Notes: generated by a model not told the origin, from the letters alone. A DNA stretch of 63,929 bases, filler included, from Octopus bimaculoides (GCF_001194135.2; 5 parts of 4 records of this genome joined end to end with filler, not necessarily neighbours in it); one strand, 5' to 3'; numbered from the whole stretch's first letter, positions 13,195-26,826 are shown. Translations and numbers: made by a program.

Positions 13195-13920
13195 AATACA
13201 AACTTTGACATTCATCAATGTAAATCTGATAGACTTTTCCGTTAGTTTCCTTGCATACTGTTTCTGTTTATATTTTAAAAAAGGATCTTTTAGGTTTTCG
13301 CAGGATCCAACCACCACCACCACCACCCTTCTGTCCACGCTAGATTAATAATCAATGTGAAATACAAGTCTGAAATGGAATTTTTACAATCTCAAAAACA
13401 TGATTAAATATCAATTGAGAAACAACAAACTTTGATGGATATTGTTCCAGATTTTAAATTGAAAATGTCAAAAGAAAGAAAAAGAAACGTTAAGGCATAT
13501 AACATCTCGTCACGTGATCTAGTCAGTATCGCACTGTAGCTGTGAAGCCATAACGTCAACAGATATAATACACCAGAAGGAAACTCTACATAGTCATTCT
13601 ACATTCTAGAAATAGCAGCCAAATGTCCTTCAAGTTGCGTTTATGCTCTTTAATACATAAAGCAAACATTAGAAACTTCTAAAAATTCCTTCTATGGTCA
13701 CAGATGGAACACCTTTGACAGCATGTCTGTTTAATCAAATCTTACTTGGGGTTAAACACCAACACTCTAACTACCGCCATTACAGCAAGATAAAAGCATA
13801 TCAAATATGAAATGAAAAGTTGAAGTAAACTTAAGTGAATTTATTTAAATTTTCATAATCCTTTATTTTTCTTATTTCATTGATTTTAATCCAATCCTCT
13901 AGAAACTGCTCTATTTTTTA
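13195..13920. repeat. Paralog of block 1090-1750
   Basis: Direct sequence similarity, same orientation. Confidence 0.85.
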
Positions 13921-14278
13921 ATTACTTTTATTACTATAAAGAAATCATCATCATATTCAATACATGTTAGAAATCAAATACAAAAAAGAAAATTAATATC
14001 TGTGAAAAAAAAATCATATTTGAGTTGAATGTTCTCGATATGTGCTCGTTCGGTAATCAAAACTTACAGCAACAAATTTCAAATTTCAATTAACATTGTT
14101 CATCTTCGAACTCAGCCTATGGTGTTTGTTGACTGTAAGTTACATTTCTTGTTGACAACCGTTACTAATCTAATGTATACACATTCCGTCATGTATACCA
14201 AAATATGAAACAGAAATATAGAGTATGAATAATTGAGAGGAATTGCGGTAGTGGCGGTAGTGGTGGTGGTGGTGGTGG

Positions 14279-14311
<33 letters not shown>

Positions 14312-15299
14312 TTGTGGTCGTGGTCGTGGCCGTGGTCGTCGTCGTGATAATTGTTTCTCACACGTTGTCGGTATTATGTTTATGACTAGGCAGAAACAAT
14401 GGAATGCACGATCAATTGATGCTTTAACTGTTAAGGCAGTGGCGATGCCTAGACATTAAAGAGCTGAATCCATTATTTTATGACCACCACTTCAAAACTA
14501 CATGAATTTCAGTTCAACTTCAACTGACTGAGACCCAATAATATACTGGACTGAAGTAAAATTTACCCTTTTATATAAAATGTACCAAATTCGGGACAAA
14601 CTAGACTTTATGAATAGCTTTTATCTCACTCACCACATCTCAAATCCTCTCCCAGCTAAAACCCCTGGAATTGTTTTACTTCAAAAGAAATTATATTTTT
14701 TAAACTAGCCTCTCTTAGGTACAGTTTCTGCTTTTTGACATTTGAATGAACATTTATAATCCAACACTACATCTGTGTTGTGTACTTGATCATTTAACTG
14801 CGAACAACTTGGATCACAAGTACCCTAAATAGGTATTGAGTTAAGATATGATTCACAGTTATCATATCTAGAATTAGCGATATATAATTTTTTTAAAAAT
14901 TCACGCTGGCGTGCAGAGCTATTTTTAACTCCTGCTACGATTATAGACTAATGATCCATTAATAGATACACCGCGTTACAAATGATTCATTGATAGTAAT
15001 GATCCATTATTAACGATCCATTGATAGATACACATTATTGTATGACTCATTATTTCTGTCACTTATATGTAAGATAGAGAATAATTAGTTTGATCGGATA
15101 ACGTAGATAGCCAGGTTTTATAGGAGTACACAAGGTATGGAGTATGGCGTATTGGTTCGAACCCATTCTCGTCCGGTGGAAAGTGTCTTCAACAAAAATT
15201 AACAGATCCAGGTCAGACTCAAAGCAAACAAAATTAAATTGTTATAGAATCTGATAACGAGTAGTTCTTTTGAACTCATTTATGGGATTATAATGGCGA

Positions 15300-16022
15300 T
15301 GACTATTTGGTGAAAGTGGTGGTGGTGGTGGTGGTGATGGTGGTGGTAATACAGATGGTGATGGATGACCGTAGTGATGATCGTTAATGATGTTGGTGAT
15401 AGTGGTGGGTGTGAGGGATGATAATATTGAAGGAGGTTGTGATGGTGGTGGTAATACAGATGGTGATGGATGACCGTAGTGATGATCGTTAATGATGTTG
15501 GTGATGATAACGACATTGGTGGTGATGGGTGTAATGGTGATGAGGCGGAGATAGTGATGGAGATAGCGGTGTTATTAGTAATGATGAGAATAATGCTGAC
15601 AGTGTACGGCTATTGATGACAGTGTACGGNNNNNNNNNNNNNGTGGTGGTGGTGGTGGTGGTGGTGGTAGTGGTGGTGGTGGTGGTGGTCGTCGTCGTCG
15701 TCGTCGTTGTCGTGGTAGTGGTGAGAGTATAGTGATAATGGTCGTGATGCTGGTCATGGTGATGTTGGTGATGATAACGACATTGGTGGTGATGGGTGTA
15801 ATGGTGATGAGGCGGAGATAGTGATGGAGATAGCGGTGTTATTAGTAATGATGAGAATAATGCTGACAGTGTACGGCTATTGATGACAGTGTACGGCTAT
15901 TGGTGACGGTGTACGGCTATTGATGATGGTTTGATGATAATATTTATAGGAATAACATAGTGTTAGTGTGGTGATGATAGTAATGCTGGTGATGAGGGTG
16001 GTGGTGGTGGTGCTGCTGTTGG

Positions 16023-16057
<35 letters not shown>

Positions 16058-16130
16058 TTGGTGCTGGTGCTGGTGGTAGTGGTGTTGGTGGTGATGGTAA
16101 TGGTTATGATGCCGGTGATGGTCATTTAGT
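15300..16130. repeat. Low-complexity GGT/GAT/GCT region with a ~100-bp tandem duplication (15340-15505) and a 20-bp minisatellite TGACAGTGTACGGCTATTGA (~15864-15925)
   Basis: Direct reading; period 20 is visible at 15864, 15884, 15904. Confidence 0.9.
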
Positions 16131-16284
16131 CAATGGTGGTCTTTCATCTCACTCAAAAGTAGAACACACATACAGTTGGGCACGTGTAACATATCCAATA
16201 ACTATCAAAAGAGTCGCAATGTGAGATGAAGGGAAAAGCAAGGAGCCGAGAAGACAGGTGAAGGAAGAGGAGGGAAAGCAACAG

Positions 16285-16351
<67 letters not shown>

Positions 16352-16824
16352 GTTGAGGATAAGGTCGAGAGTGCTGTTAGCGACACTTACGTCACAACGT
16401 ACACACTCACGCCGCACATGTAGTTTATGCTACAACAGTGTTTGAAATGTGTCTGTCTCAACTTTAAAACTGATTAACGAAATATTTCATGTCATTCTCT
16501 CATGGCGACCAAATTCGTCTCGAGATTGTACATGCTTCTCTCTCGAGCACATTTAATTGAAAGATAAACAACCTTTACATTCAGCTCTTAAGTACTGAAG
16601 TCCAAATGATGATTAAGTGACACACACGCCACTCACACACATACGTACACAACACAAATGCACATATATGTGCATATATATATANNNNNNNNNNNNNNNN
16701 NNNNNNNNNNNNNNNNNNNNNNNNNNNNTTAATTAATTAANNNNNNNNNNNNNNNNNNNNNNNNNNNNNNNNNNNNNNNNNNNNTTTAAAAGAGCAATGA
16801 ATTATATATATATATATATATATA

Positions 16825-18354
16825 CCATAAAAATCCATGTAATTTACATACTTTTTTTTTCACATAAACAAATATAAACTTTAGGGGGTAAATTACACAA
16901 GTAGATTGTTTCCAGAATTTTTTTAGAATTTTTTTTGTTGAAAAATGACATACAAATGTATACATTTGGACAGGAAGTTGACTCATTTAATGTCAGAATA
17001 GGTTTTTACAGAAAAAATATAATGAAGTTGACTTTAATTTATGCTAATGCTTACTTTTTCTGTATAAATTTACTAAAACCATTAAATGGTTAACTACTTC
17101 TTGAAGCTTGACATTCATGCTGGTAATCACAGTCCAGGCCATATTTTACATTGCTTGGAGTTTCTACCTATCGCAATGGAGCCCAGCAATATCCTTAAAT
17201 AGTTCAGTTTTTTTCCACTGAAGAAGTCAGTTTGCCTCCAGGAAGCCATTGCTCACTTTCTCCATTTTAGGACAATGAAATTCTTCAGTGTTGACATTTG
17301 CCGCAACCAGCTCTTACTGTGTCTAACGTCGATGACAACCTCACAATTCATCCTTGCGCATGAAAACTTACTAAGTGAATATGACCTAGCATTCCTACAG
17401 AAACCTTCATTTACCTTAAACGATGTTTAATGTCATTTTGTATTCATTTTGAGTTATGCAGCAATCTTATGTTTTCTTTGTAGAACACTTGTAATGTATT
17501 ACCAGTTCTTTTGGTATAGTAAATTTTTGCTATTCTTGGTTTATGTCTCTTCACAGTTGTGTATATTCTAACAAGTCTCTTCTTAAATTTTGCACCTCTT
17601 TTGTTCAATAAACATTGAGTTAAACTTGCAAAGCTGTTTATTTTCTCCTTTCAGTTTTCAATGTTTATTTTAGCAGGTTACCAAACTATCAGTTTGGTCT
17701 CTCGGCTAAAACAGTAATGACAAATTTTAAAGTTTGCTTGACATTTTATAAGTGTGAAAAGGATTAAAATTTCGATACTCTATATCAAAGGTTCCAACAA
17801 GAATAGGCAGAAAATCAGAGCTTGAGACAAGAAGACACTTTTGACCAATCAGAATTCTGTTTACATAATCAGTTTGATTGGTCACCTTCCTCTATCAGTT
17901 GAGTAGAGTGTCATCCAAGCTGATGTTTATTGGTAATTAAACTTATTTTGCAACACTTGTGCATATTTACCAGCTTTGTTTTTGTTGATAATTCTTATCA
18001 ACAACTTTTCCCATGATCATGATTTGAGAAGACATACAGAAGTATGCTGAAGGTTGGACATAAACTCTTGTGGGCAAGAAATGTAAAATAAAGTTTATTA
18101 TACTAGCTTTCAATGTGATACCTGTTAAACAGAAATTATTTTTACTTAATGAAAATTCTATAAAATCTAATCATAAGTAAGTGAAATTATGTTAAATACA
18201 ACTAAATTGAAAACCTTTTCCCCTGGCCATATCAGCAATTCTGAAAACTAACGGTTGTAAATTTTACATGAGTAGAAGCTTTTTTTAACAATTTTTATTC
18301 TGAAAATCACCTGCATAAATTACACAGGTGCGCAAATTACATGGGTTTTTACAG
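16825..18354. mobile_element. Tc1/mariner-superfamily (Tc2/pogo-like) DNA transposon remnant, ~1.5 kb
   Basis: Imperfect ~27-bp TIRs CCATAAAAATCCATGTAATTTACATAC vs reverse complement CTGTAAAAACCCATGTAATTTGCGCAC (differences partly CpG-type), TA on both flanks, subterminal AAATTACAC repeats. No convincing transposase frame recovered. Confidence 0.65.
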
Positions 18355-18379
18355 TATATATATATATATATATATATAA

Positions 18380-18640
18380 TCATCATCATCATTTAACATA
18401 AGTGCCAGTGGTTTTGAGGACTGTATCATACTCCAGTGTCTACTTTGGTTGGATGCCTTTCCTAATGCCAGCCACTTTACAGAATGTATTGGCTGCTTTC
18501 TTTTTTTTTGTGGCACCAACACTAGTGAGGTCACCATGCAGCCTGCAAGACTTTTGAGCAGGGATACAATGGAGAAGGGGGATGACTTTATGTTAGGAAT
18601 GGAGAGGTTAAAATGTGAGAGGAGGGGCCAGAACAAAACA
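18380..18640 (-). mobile_element. SINE-like element sharing the RTE 3' end, (GAT)n tail; related copies ~21830-21985 (-), ~34370-34495 (+)
   Basis: TTGGATGCC(C)TTCCTAA motif and CATCATCAT...TTTAAC terminus shared with the RTE 3' end at 29290-29460. Confidence 0.65.
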
Positions 18641-18769
18641 TGTTTCTTGCTATGGAGGAGTTACAATGTAGGTGGTTTGAAACTCTACCCACATTATATA
18701 GGAGAGGGTGGGAGTGGTCAGAAAGAGAGAGAGAGAGAGAGAGACTTTTTGTAACCAACAGAAGTTATA

Positions 18770-19300
18770 GCTCTCTAATGTTCTCCATCTTATTCCAGCA
18801 ACTATACTTTCAGAACATCCTCCACTATATTATACATTATTCATAAGTCATATACTGATGAGTATAGAAGCTATATTATTTGGTATGCTTTCCAAACTGT
18901 TGTGTTGGATCAAGTTGAGCGGTAAACTTCATCCATCATCTGGTTTAACATCAACACCCAAGGTATTAGTATTAAACCTGCTCCTGGATATTTCTAACAT
19001 AGTTCCCCCACTCTGTTGTAAGCCTTCAGTACAGGTTCTAACTTAAGAATAACCCATAAAATGTATTTTATTCTTCCATTTTTCTTCAACAGTCTTAGAA
19101 GTTCTGCAGTTAGAGGGGCTGCCTTTTCTCCATTCACTCAGCTATTGGTCAATTTGAACTTCTGTAGGCTGTAGGAGTGGATGGAAATTTGGGCAAGAAA
19201 TTGTTTCTAGAGGGGTGACTTGAAAGGATTGGATATTATCTTTAAAATTGAATTTTGGAGAGGTGGATGGGATAGTTTGCTCAGTTTGGTGGTTCAAAGA
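18770..19300 (-). mobile_element. Heavily decayed non-LTR reverse transcriptase N-terminal remnant
   Basis: Frame-hopping peptides PLLQPTEV..KGSP, LKAYNR, GLILIP, KPDD, VWKAY, GGCSE resemble RT subdomains 0-2; many stops. Confidence 0.35.
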
Positions 19301-19644
19301 AGAAGCAAAAGCCATTGATAGTAGCAGACAAAGAAAGAAGACAGTGTATTCTGTTTCCATTGGTTAATAGTTGTAATGCATTCATGTGAGAGCCAACAGG
19401 GATGCTCCTAGATATACGGGCTGTACTCTACTCTAGGTTGCTCTTGTTTACCTTTGTAGAAGATTGATAACTGATCAGAGCTGAGAGCCTTAGTACTTTT
19501 ATAGATGTGTGGTTATCATGAAAAGTCATCGGAGATTTTGAATCCTTCTTTTTGTAGCAACCACTTTGCTTGTGTCTAGCACAATGACATTACTTTACTA
19601 GATTTGTCAAATGTAAGAGAATAAATGGTACAAGAATTACTAAA

Positions 19645-19867
19645 GCCTTTTGATATCAACCAGCCTAAAACCACCCTTGCTTCTATGATACAAATTTCCT
19701 GTTTTAAAGTAATTTAAGTTAAAACCTTCCATCAAAGGTTCATGGTAGTTTATGTTCCAAGCCCCAGCTTAAGAATGACAAAGTTATTTTATTAAGTTCA
19801 TCATTTATTTTTAAAATCAATTGAAACAAAGTCAGTATGTTTAAATAGAAATATAGTAACAAAAGGG
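19645..19867. mobile_element. piggyBac-like MITE, degenerate
   Basis: CCTTTTGATA...GTAACAAAAGGG short imperfect TIRs; the TTAA TSDs are degenerate. Confidence 0.4.
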
Positions 19868-20343
19868 TTGTTGAGGATTTCAATGTAGAAATCCAGTCTT
19901 AATTGAATGTTATCATTTAAAAAAGCACTTCATTGTGAGGAAAACTATCTTAAGATTATTGTCTACAAACATAAAGTTCCTTTTTAAAATCACTTTTTGA
20001 AGGCAGAGAGGTTTAGCTGCTTCACTCAGAAGATCAAGTAATTTAGGGGTGAAGCTTCATGGCATCAGAATTCTGGAGTAAAATATCTTTATAATGTTAA
20101 AAAGTATAAAAATGAATTTTAACTATGCTGTGTTGTTTGAAACTAAAATCTAAACACAGAGGGTCCAGTAGTCTCCCTATTTAACTGCAAAATTTATTTC
20201 TACATTATGGTAATGTTAAAGCATGTATTCATCAGTATTTACAGTCTCTTGCCAATGAAAACCCCCTAGACATTCACTTAACTTGGTAAAAAAAACCCAG
20301 CTGCCCTATTGTCTTAAAAAGAGTTAGACACATTAGGTTCACT

Positions 20344-21365
20344 CCCCACCCCCACCACCACCACCTGTGATATATTTTAATGGGTATTTTCATGTAGCCT
20401 TGGGTCTAACAAGTCAGAAAATTGATGTTGCCAGCAAAAAAACTGGGATGGAAGACACCCCACATGGACTTTTTGACCATGCCCACTTTTACAGCTTAAG
20501 GCAGAAAATTAAGGGTATGGAAAATTCAAACAGCTCTAACTTTGCAACTCTTCACCGAGATATTTCAAATGACCACTTAAAATTATTGCCTGGTCAAGAT
20601 CTACAAGAGATAAGCAAATTTATTCTGTAAAAAGGTCACAAACTTTGACCTTTACCTATAATGTCTCGCATTCACAGGTTTTATTTATCACCATGACCAT
20701 ATAAGGTTTTCTTTTTAATGAAAATTAACCAAAACGTGAGTTTACATGTGATTTTTAAAGCCAGAAGTAAAAAAAAAAATTGAAAAGAAGTGTTTACCCT
20801 ATGGAATGAGATATTTCTGTACTTTTACATACTGTTTTGTATGTATTGCTGAATGTATCGAATAGAAGTAAGGCAAAATCTAGCAAGTGGTACTTTGGAA
20901 TCTTTCCTTGAATCATTTTAAATCATCACAGAAGATGATATTTGAGTTGATCTATAAAATAAAACTTCAAATTATGCAAATGCTTTCATCAAAGAGGTTG
21001 TTGAAGTCAAAAGTAAACAAAAGTTGACCCTACCTACACCATAGCAGTTTGTTATAGATGATTGTTATGAAACAACCAGAATAAATTTGCTTATCATTTG
21101 CATGGACTTGTAGATCTTGACCAGGCAATCATTTCAAGTGGTCATTTGAAATATTTTGATGAAGAGTTGCAAAGTTAGAGCTGTTTGAATTTTCCACACC
21201 CTTAATTTTCTGCCTCTAGCTGTAAAAGTGGGCATGGTCATAAAGTCCATGTGGGGTATCTTCCATCCCAGTTTTTTTGCTGGCAACATCAATTTTCTGA
21301 CTTGTTAGACCCAGGCTACATGAAAATACCCATTGAAGTAAATCACAAGTGGTGGTGGTGGGGGG
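20344..21365. mobile_element. Internally deleted TIR element with ~285-bp inverted arms (20344-20628 / 21077-21365)
   Basis: Arms are reverse complements with high identity (e.g. GTCAGAAAATTGATGTTGCCAGCAAAAAAACTGGGATGGAAGA vs TCTTCCATCCCAGTTTTTTTGCTGGCAACATCAATTTTCTGAC). Confidence 0.85.
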
Positions 21366-21794
21366 ACCATGAGCCCCTCTAGCCCATGGACTACATTGGA
21401 TAATGCAATCCTTAATAAACTATGTCTGGGATCAAAATGAGATGGAATACTTTTGATCACATCATTCTACAACAAATTTGCTTTTTTAAAGCTGAAGGCA
21501 GTCTTGGGTATGACATCAGTCCTTGACAAATCAAGTTTAGTCAGCAAGCACTATAGATCAGAAATGCACAATTATCCATTATTTTGACAATTTAGGAAAA
21601 TTACCAGTAGTCCTAATTCTTTATTTTAAACCATTCCCTTCATTTGAAATTGAAATAACATCTACAGAGCCTAATTTTCATAAATTCAAGCTTAATATAA
21701 AAACAAACTATTGATTATAACACAGTCAAAATTAATACTTTCATCATCATCATCTTCACATCATCCATCATCCATCATTCATCATCACCACCAC

Positions 21795-21830
<36 letters not shown>

Positions 21831-23068
21831 TAACATCATTTAACATCCATGTTGGCATGGGTTGGATGGTTTGACAAGACCCAATGGATCCAAGAACTGC
21901 ACTGTGCTCTAGTGTTGTCTTTGGCATGGTTCTATAGTTGGATGCCCTTCCTAACATCAACAACTTTACAGCATGTACTTACTTTTTAAAATAGCCGTTA
22001 TACGATACTATACATATTATATGGCAGTAAAACATGCACATTGACAAAGAAATGATCAAACAGGCTAAATGGATGTCACACAAAAATGCTTCAAATGGCC
22101 TTAAATGTGAAATGGCAGCAACATATGACTACTGAATACTTCTATGGAGAACTGTCAAAAGTTAATAAGAAGATCAGGCAAAGACAGCTGTAACTATCTG
22201 GTCACTGCATCCACATTAGTCTTGTGCAGTGGTTCTCAAACTTTTCAAAAAGTTTTACACCATGATTTGCAGTCCCCTATAAAATGCAGAATAATTAACT
22301 TGAAAAAAATAACATACATTTATGTACTGTATTTTCTGGACTACAAACTGCACTACCCATAGACCTGCATCCCCGAAAACCACAACTTAATTCACGCAAC
22401 ACCCCATAAGGATACAGTAAATATACATGAAAATATGGGGAATCAGTTGATCAATTGGTTACAAAACAAATGAGACAAAAACAGTCCGAAAATATACCGA
22501 ACATCCTGTATTAACAACTGTGTAAGACCCATTTATGCCCATTTAGTTGACAAAAATCATAGGTCATAAACCAAAAAAATATGGTACATGTTCATACATA
22601 ACAGTGGTTCTCGAGCTTTTGGCATCACCTTCTCCTTTTGCCATGTTATGGGATGCTATTCCTCCCCATTGGCAGGTCATTCCTCATATTCATTATTCAA
22701 GAAGTGCATTTCAACCAATTTAGCTATTTTCAGCAGAAGAATTGTAATAACATCTCAAAATGTACAGAAGTTTCTGCCAATTGGACCACTAGTATGCAAA
22801 GAAAACTACAATTTTAGTAGAACCATCTTCTCCTCCTCCTCTGAAGGTAGCCATTCCTCTTCCTGAATCCCTGATATATAACATGACAACAACGAAAAGT
22901 TATATAAGAAATTATTTATTCATAGATGCAGACCATCTGTTATTTTATTTACAGTAAAGTTTGGTGTGATGGATGTACCTTCTTTACAGCGACCAGCTCT
23001 GCTTTGAAGAGGGCAGCCCTCATTTCTGGTTTGACATCCAGCTGCTGCTGCTACTACTACTACTACTG

Positions 23069-23118
<50 letters not shown>

Positions 23119-24024
23119 GCTGCTGCTGCTGCTGCTGCTACTACTACTANNNNNNNNNNACCACCACCACCACCACCACTACCACATCAACTATTCAACC
23201 AGTTGACCAATAACCCCATTAATATGGCTCATATTACTAATTTGAAATGTCCAGAGGGGTTTTCATTGTGTTCTTTATTATCTAAATTGTTTTCAAAGTA
23301 TTTTTTCATGTCTTTTATTTTTTCTTTTAAATTTCTTCCAGTTCCAAATCCCACAAGACATTTGAAATCAGAAATTTCTGTTAGAAATAAAAGAATATTA
23401 CTATTTTCTCTGAGGCTAATAACCCATTCATTTGGCATAAGAATGTGGCTAGCTAAACTGACTTCAGTTTGTGACACATATATATGGACCAAAGCAGACA
23501 GTAATTATGGGATGGTTCCCATGTACAATGTTAATTGATATGTTGGTGAAAGAGTCAACACTTAGAACCTTTTTCTTCTTCTTTGATACTATTGTAATAA
23601 CAGGTATAATGTTAGCAGCAACACTTGAGTAAAGTTTCTTACTGCTATTAAAGGAATTGTGACTGTTGTTGTTAATGTTATTGTTATAGGAGAGGTTGGA
23701 GAAACTAGCAAGAGAAAAGGTATGTGAAATGGAAATTTTTTAAGAAAAAAACAAACTATAGATTGTTATTAGAGAAATGTGCTTTAGCAGACAGGTGGTA
23801 ATAAACTTCCAACAGATCCTCCCAGATACCTGTATGTTTTCTTTGGTCTGGAATTACAACAGCTGACTCTACTTCAGTACAAGTAGTTTGGAGTTGTTTA
23901 ACTTAACTTATTCTCACTAATGTATAGGTACTGACAAATAATTTATGTTAATGAAGCTATTGAATACCAACTCGTTTAACAAATGTATTTACAAATCAAT
24001 GAAAGAGCCTGTGCATTAGTCATT

Positions 24025-24225
24025 TGATATGCTAGAATTAGCAACCAAATCATTCTCAAAACACACTCTACAATCTTTTATAAAGACAAGACACACTAGT
24101 TATTGTAGTCCTAGATATGCATAGAAACATATAAAAATACAGACAGTCATGGATAGAATGACTCTTTAATCATAGATCTGCTCACAATCAGTATTGATCT
24201 GGGACTAAACAACAACATCAACAAC
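24025..24225 (+). mobile_element. (AAC)n-tailed SINE-like family E; other copies ~13605-13765 (+), ~28450-28625 (-), partial ~417-450 (-) and ~50960-51010 (+)
   Basis: GCTAGAA(A/T)TAGCA(G/A)CCAAAT 5' motif and GGG(A/G)CTAAACAACAAC 3' end recur. Confidence 0.6.
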
Positions 24226-24439
24226 ATTCTTTTTTTATATACAAAAATACAATCACAATATTTTAAAATTTAAATTGAATTTTCAAAGATAAATTTTCAG
24301 TGTTTTTGTTTTAATTTTCAAAATAATGAACAGTGGTATGCCAGACAAATTACCCTCTTTCTCCCACTTCCTTAATGCTGCAACTGCCACCACCAACACC
24401 ACCAACACCATCTTCTAACACTCCACCATCACCAACATT

Positions 24440-25680
24440 ATCATCATCATTTTTTCCTATTTTCATACATTAATGGGTTGGATTGATCCTTCTCAACACA
24501 GTGTCTTGCCATTCATTGCAGTCCTTAGTTATCTCCTTTATGAAGTTCAGATATTCTGACATCAGCCTTCACCTCTTCTTATATGCTCCTTAGTCTTCCT
24601 CTTCCATAGATTCCATCCACTTAGATCAGCCAACATCCTCCTTATGTATCATATGTCTGCCCAGGTGCAGTCACCTCTCTCAGATTTACCATCTGATTCC
24701 TTTAATTCCCAGTTTTCGTCCCAGTCCATTTGGGCTCTGTCATTCATACACACTAACATACATCCAGAGGATCTAAATAATCTCTTTTATTTCCAGCTTT
24801 TGCACATCTTTTACATTCAATACCCATGTTTTGCAACCATGCAGTATTACACTCCACTCTCCAGCATTACACTCTAGCAGAGTTTCCTCTTGTTGCCAGC
24901 AAAGTTAATAGCTCCCTGAACTTTTACCACTCTGTTCTTATTCTGGAGATTATGCTTTCAGAACACCTTCATCCATTGCAGATTAAGTCACATCTGTAGC
25001 TGTCAACTACCTCTATGGAACCTTCTGAGCATTTGAAAAAATTCATTTCTTTGATGCACTTACTGCTAACTACTGCAAGCATCTGCTACATACAAAATCA
25101 TTCTCTTGTCAATGTTCCTGCTTCACCTCTTGTACATCTATAGTTTATGTTGGGTTAACTGTGGATGGAATTCCTTTTTGCTCCTTTCCTACATATCAAA
25201 CATGACTACTTCCTTGATGGCAGCAGAATCCTGTCTTTCTAACTAAAACTTTTGTCTTTACTAGATTTATTTCAAGACTTCTTGATTTTTGGCTGTTTCA
25301 ATGTTTGAAATTTCCTCTTTAATTTTTCAACATATTCACTAATGAGAAATAGGTCATCAGTATAAGTTCTCACAGTTGATTTTAAACCTTTTATGACTTG
25401 GAGGACTGAAATGAAGAGAAGGGGGTTCAGAACTGAGCTCCCTTCTCTTCATTATGCACACTAAATAGTTCACTGAATAGCTCTGTACATGGTTTGCATT
25501 GTTCTCAGAAACCATGTCTTTTACAGTTTCCTTTCTGAGTCATCTCTAGGTCAACAGATGCTAGGCACAATAGCTTGTCTTTTGTTAAGAACTTCTCTTG
25601 GAGCTGTCTCATTAAATAGGTATTGCTGGTACCCTGTCTTCACACAAACCTTAATTGTACCTTGTCTTAGCTAATTTCAT
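24440..25680 (-). mobile_element. Old, decayed RTE-clade LINE (RT and C-terminal region)
   Basis: SVLNPLLFISVLQ...YTDDLFLISE (YADD-like) in minus-strand frames, followed by RTE-like C-terminal remnants. Confidence 0.6.
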
Positions 25681-25686
25681 TTTTAA

Positions 25687-26826
25687 TCTATATACATAAA
25701 AATGAGAATGTGTGTCTGTCTGTCTGTCTGTGTGAATCCCTAAAACTCGAGAACTACGCAACCAATTTCATTCAAATTTTACAGATGCCTTACTTAGGGT
25801 TCCAGTTGTGTTTTAGTCAAAAAAAATTTTAACTTCTTGCAGAGCTCGAGCCCACAGTAACATAATATCTCCTCCACTATTTAAGTATTACGTGTCAAAA
25901 GTGAAACAAAAACACTCATGTCAAATACTTTCACTTTAAAAATGAAACTATTCTACTAACTGAAACAATCACATTTCGATACTGTAATGACAGATACTTT
26001 CAGAGAGAGAGAGAAAGAGAGAAAGAGAGAAAGAGAGAGAAAGAGATGTATATGTATACATATACATGTATATGTAGACGTATATGCATAGATATATATA
26101 GATANNNNNNNNNNNNNNNNNNNNNNNNNNNNNNNNNNNNNNNNNNNNNNNNNNNNNNNNNNNNNNNNNNNNNNNNNNNNNNNNNNNNNNNNNNNNNNNN
26201 NNNNNNNNNNNNNNNNNNNNNNNNNNNNNNNNNNNNNNNNNNNNNNNNNNNNNNNNNNNNNNNNNNNNNNNNNNNNNNNNNNNNNNNNNNNNNNNNNNNN
26301 NNNNNNNNNNNNNNNNNNNNNNNNNNNNNNNNNNNNNNNNNNNNNNNNNNNNNNNNNNNNNNNNNNNNNNNNNNNNNNNNNNNNNNNNNNNNNNNNNNNN
26401 NNNNNNNNNNNNNNNNNNNNNNNNNNNNNNNNNNNNNNNNNNNNNNNNNNNNNNNNNNNNNNNNNNNNNNNNNNNNNNTTACATTGTGATTTCTGCAATG
26501 TGGTGCATAAATTGTCAAGTAAATGAGACGCATCTTTGCCTCCACTGATTCACTTGCAAAGTGTTGAGTAAAATTATTTCGTTGCAGACTTCCTTTGGGT
26601 CTTTTTATTATCACTACGACACACATAGTCCCCAGTTGGTAACATTGATTTCAAGGCCCTCCTAGATGAGAGACTGGCATTCCACTTAATGTCTATGTTC
26701 CATGCTGGCATGGATTGGAGAGTTATTAAGGTAGAAATATGGTATCGTAGCTACTAACAGTTGAGGGTTGCGTTTTTAGATTTCATTATTCTCTTTAACC
26801 CGGGCAAAGCCGGGTATTTCTGCTAG
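25687..26826 (+). mobile_element. Non-autonomous Helitron
   Basis: A|TC 5' terminus (TCTATATACATAAAAATGAGAATG then (GTCT)n), 3' hairpin ACCCGG-GCAAAG-CCGGGT at 26798-26815, terminal CTAG (26823-26826) followed by T, no TSD. Confidence 0.85.

Noticed and set aside
15497-15890. ~130-bp direct repeat across a short N gap; likewise 27444-27484
   Set aside because: Near-identical sequence on both sides of a small gap is typical of unmerged contig overlaps.
15864-15925. Regularly spaced 20-bp repeats (CRISPR-like at a glance)
   Set aside because: Contiguous minisatellite with no unique spacers, in a eukaryotic context.
16685-16784. TTAATTAATTAA islands inside N runs (16729-16740, 37586-37597, 40973-40984, 61339-61350)
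   Set aside because: Each is exactly 44 N + 12 bp + 44 N = 100 bp, and the 12-mer has stops in all six frames: an artificial scaffolding spacer, not biology.
19142-19360. 72-aa ORF with a signal-peptide-like N-terminus (METEYTVFFLCLLLSMAFASS)
   Set aside because: Its C-terminal part and downstream frames read better as a decayed non-LTR RT; no splice or homology support for a secreted peptide.
22560-23040. Protein-like minus-strand frames (LDVKPEMRAALFKAELVAVKK; EEWLPSEEEEK)
   Set aside because: No usable acceptor (abuts CAG/TAG repeats), multiple stops, and the kinase-like VAVK match is only four residues.
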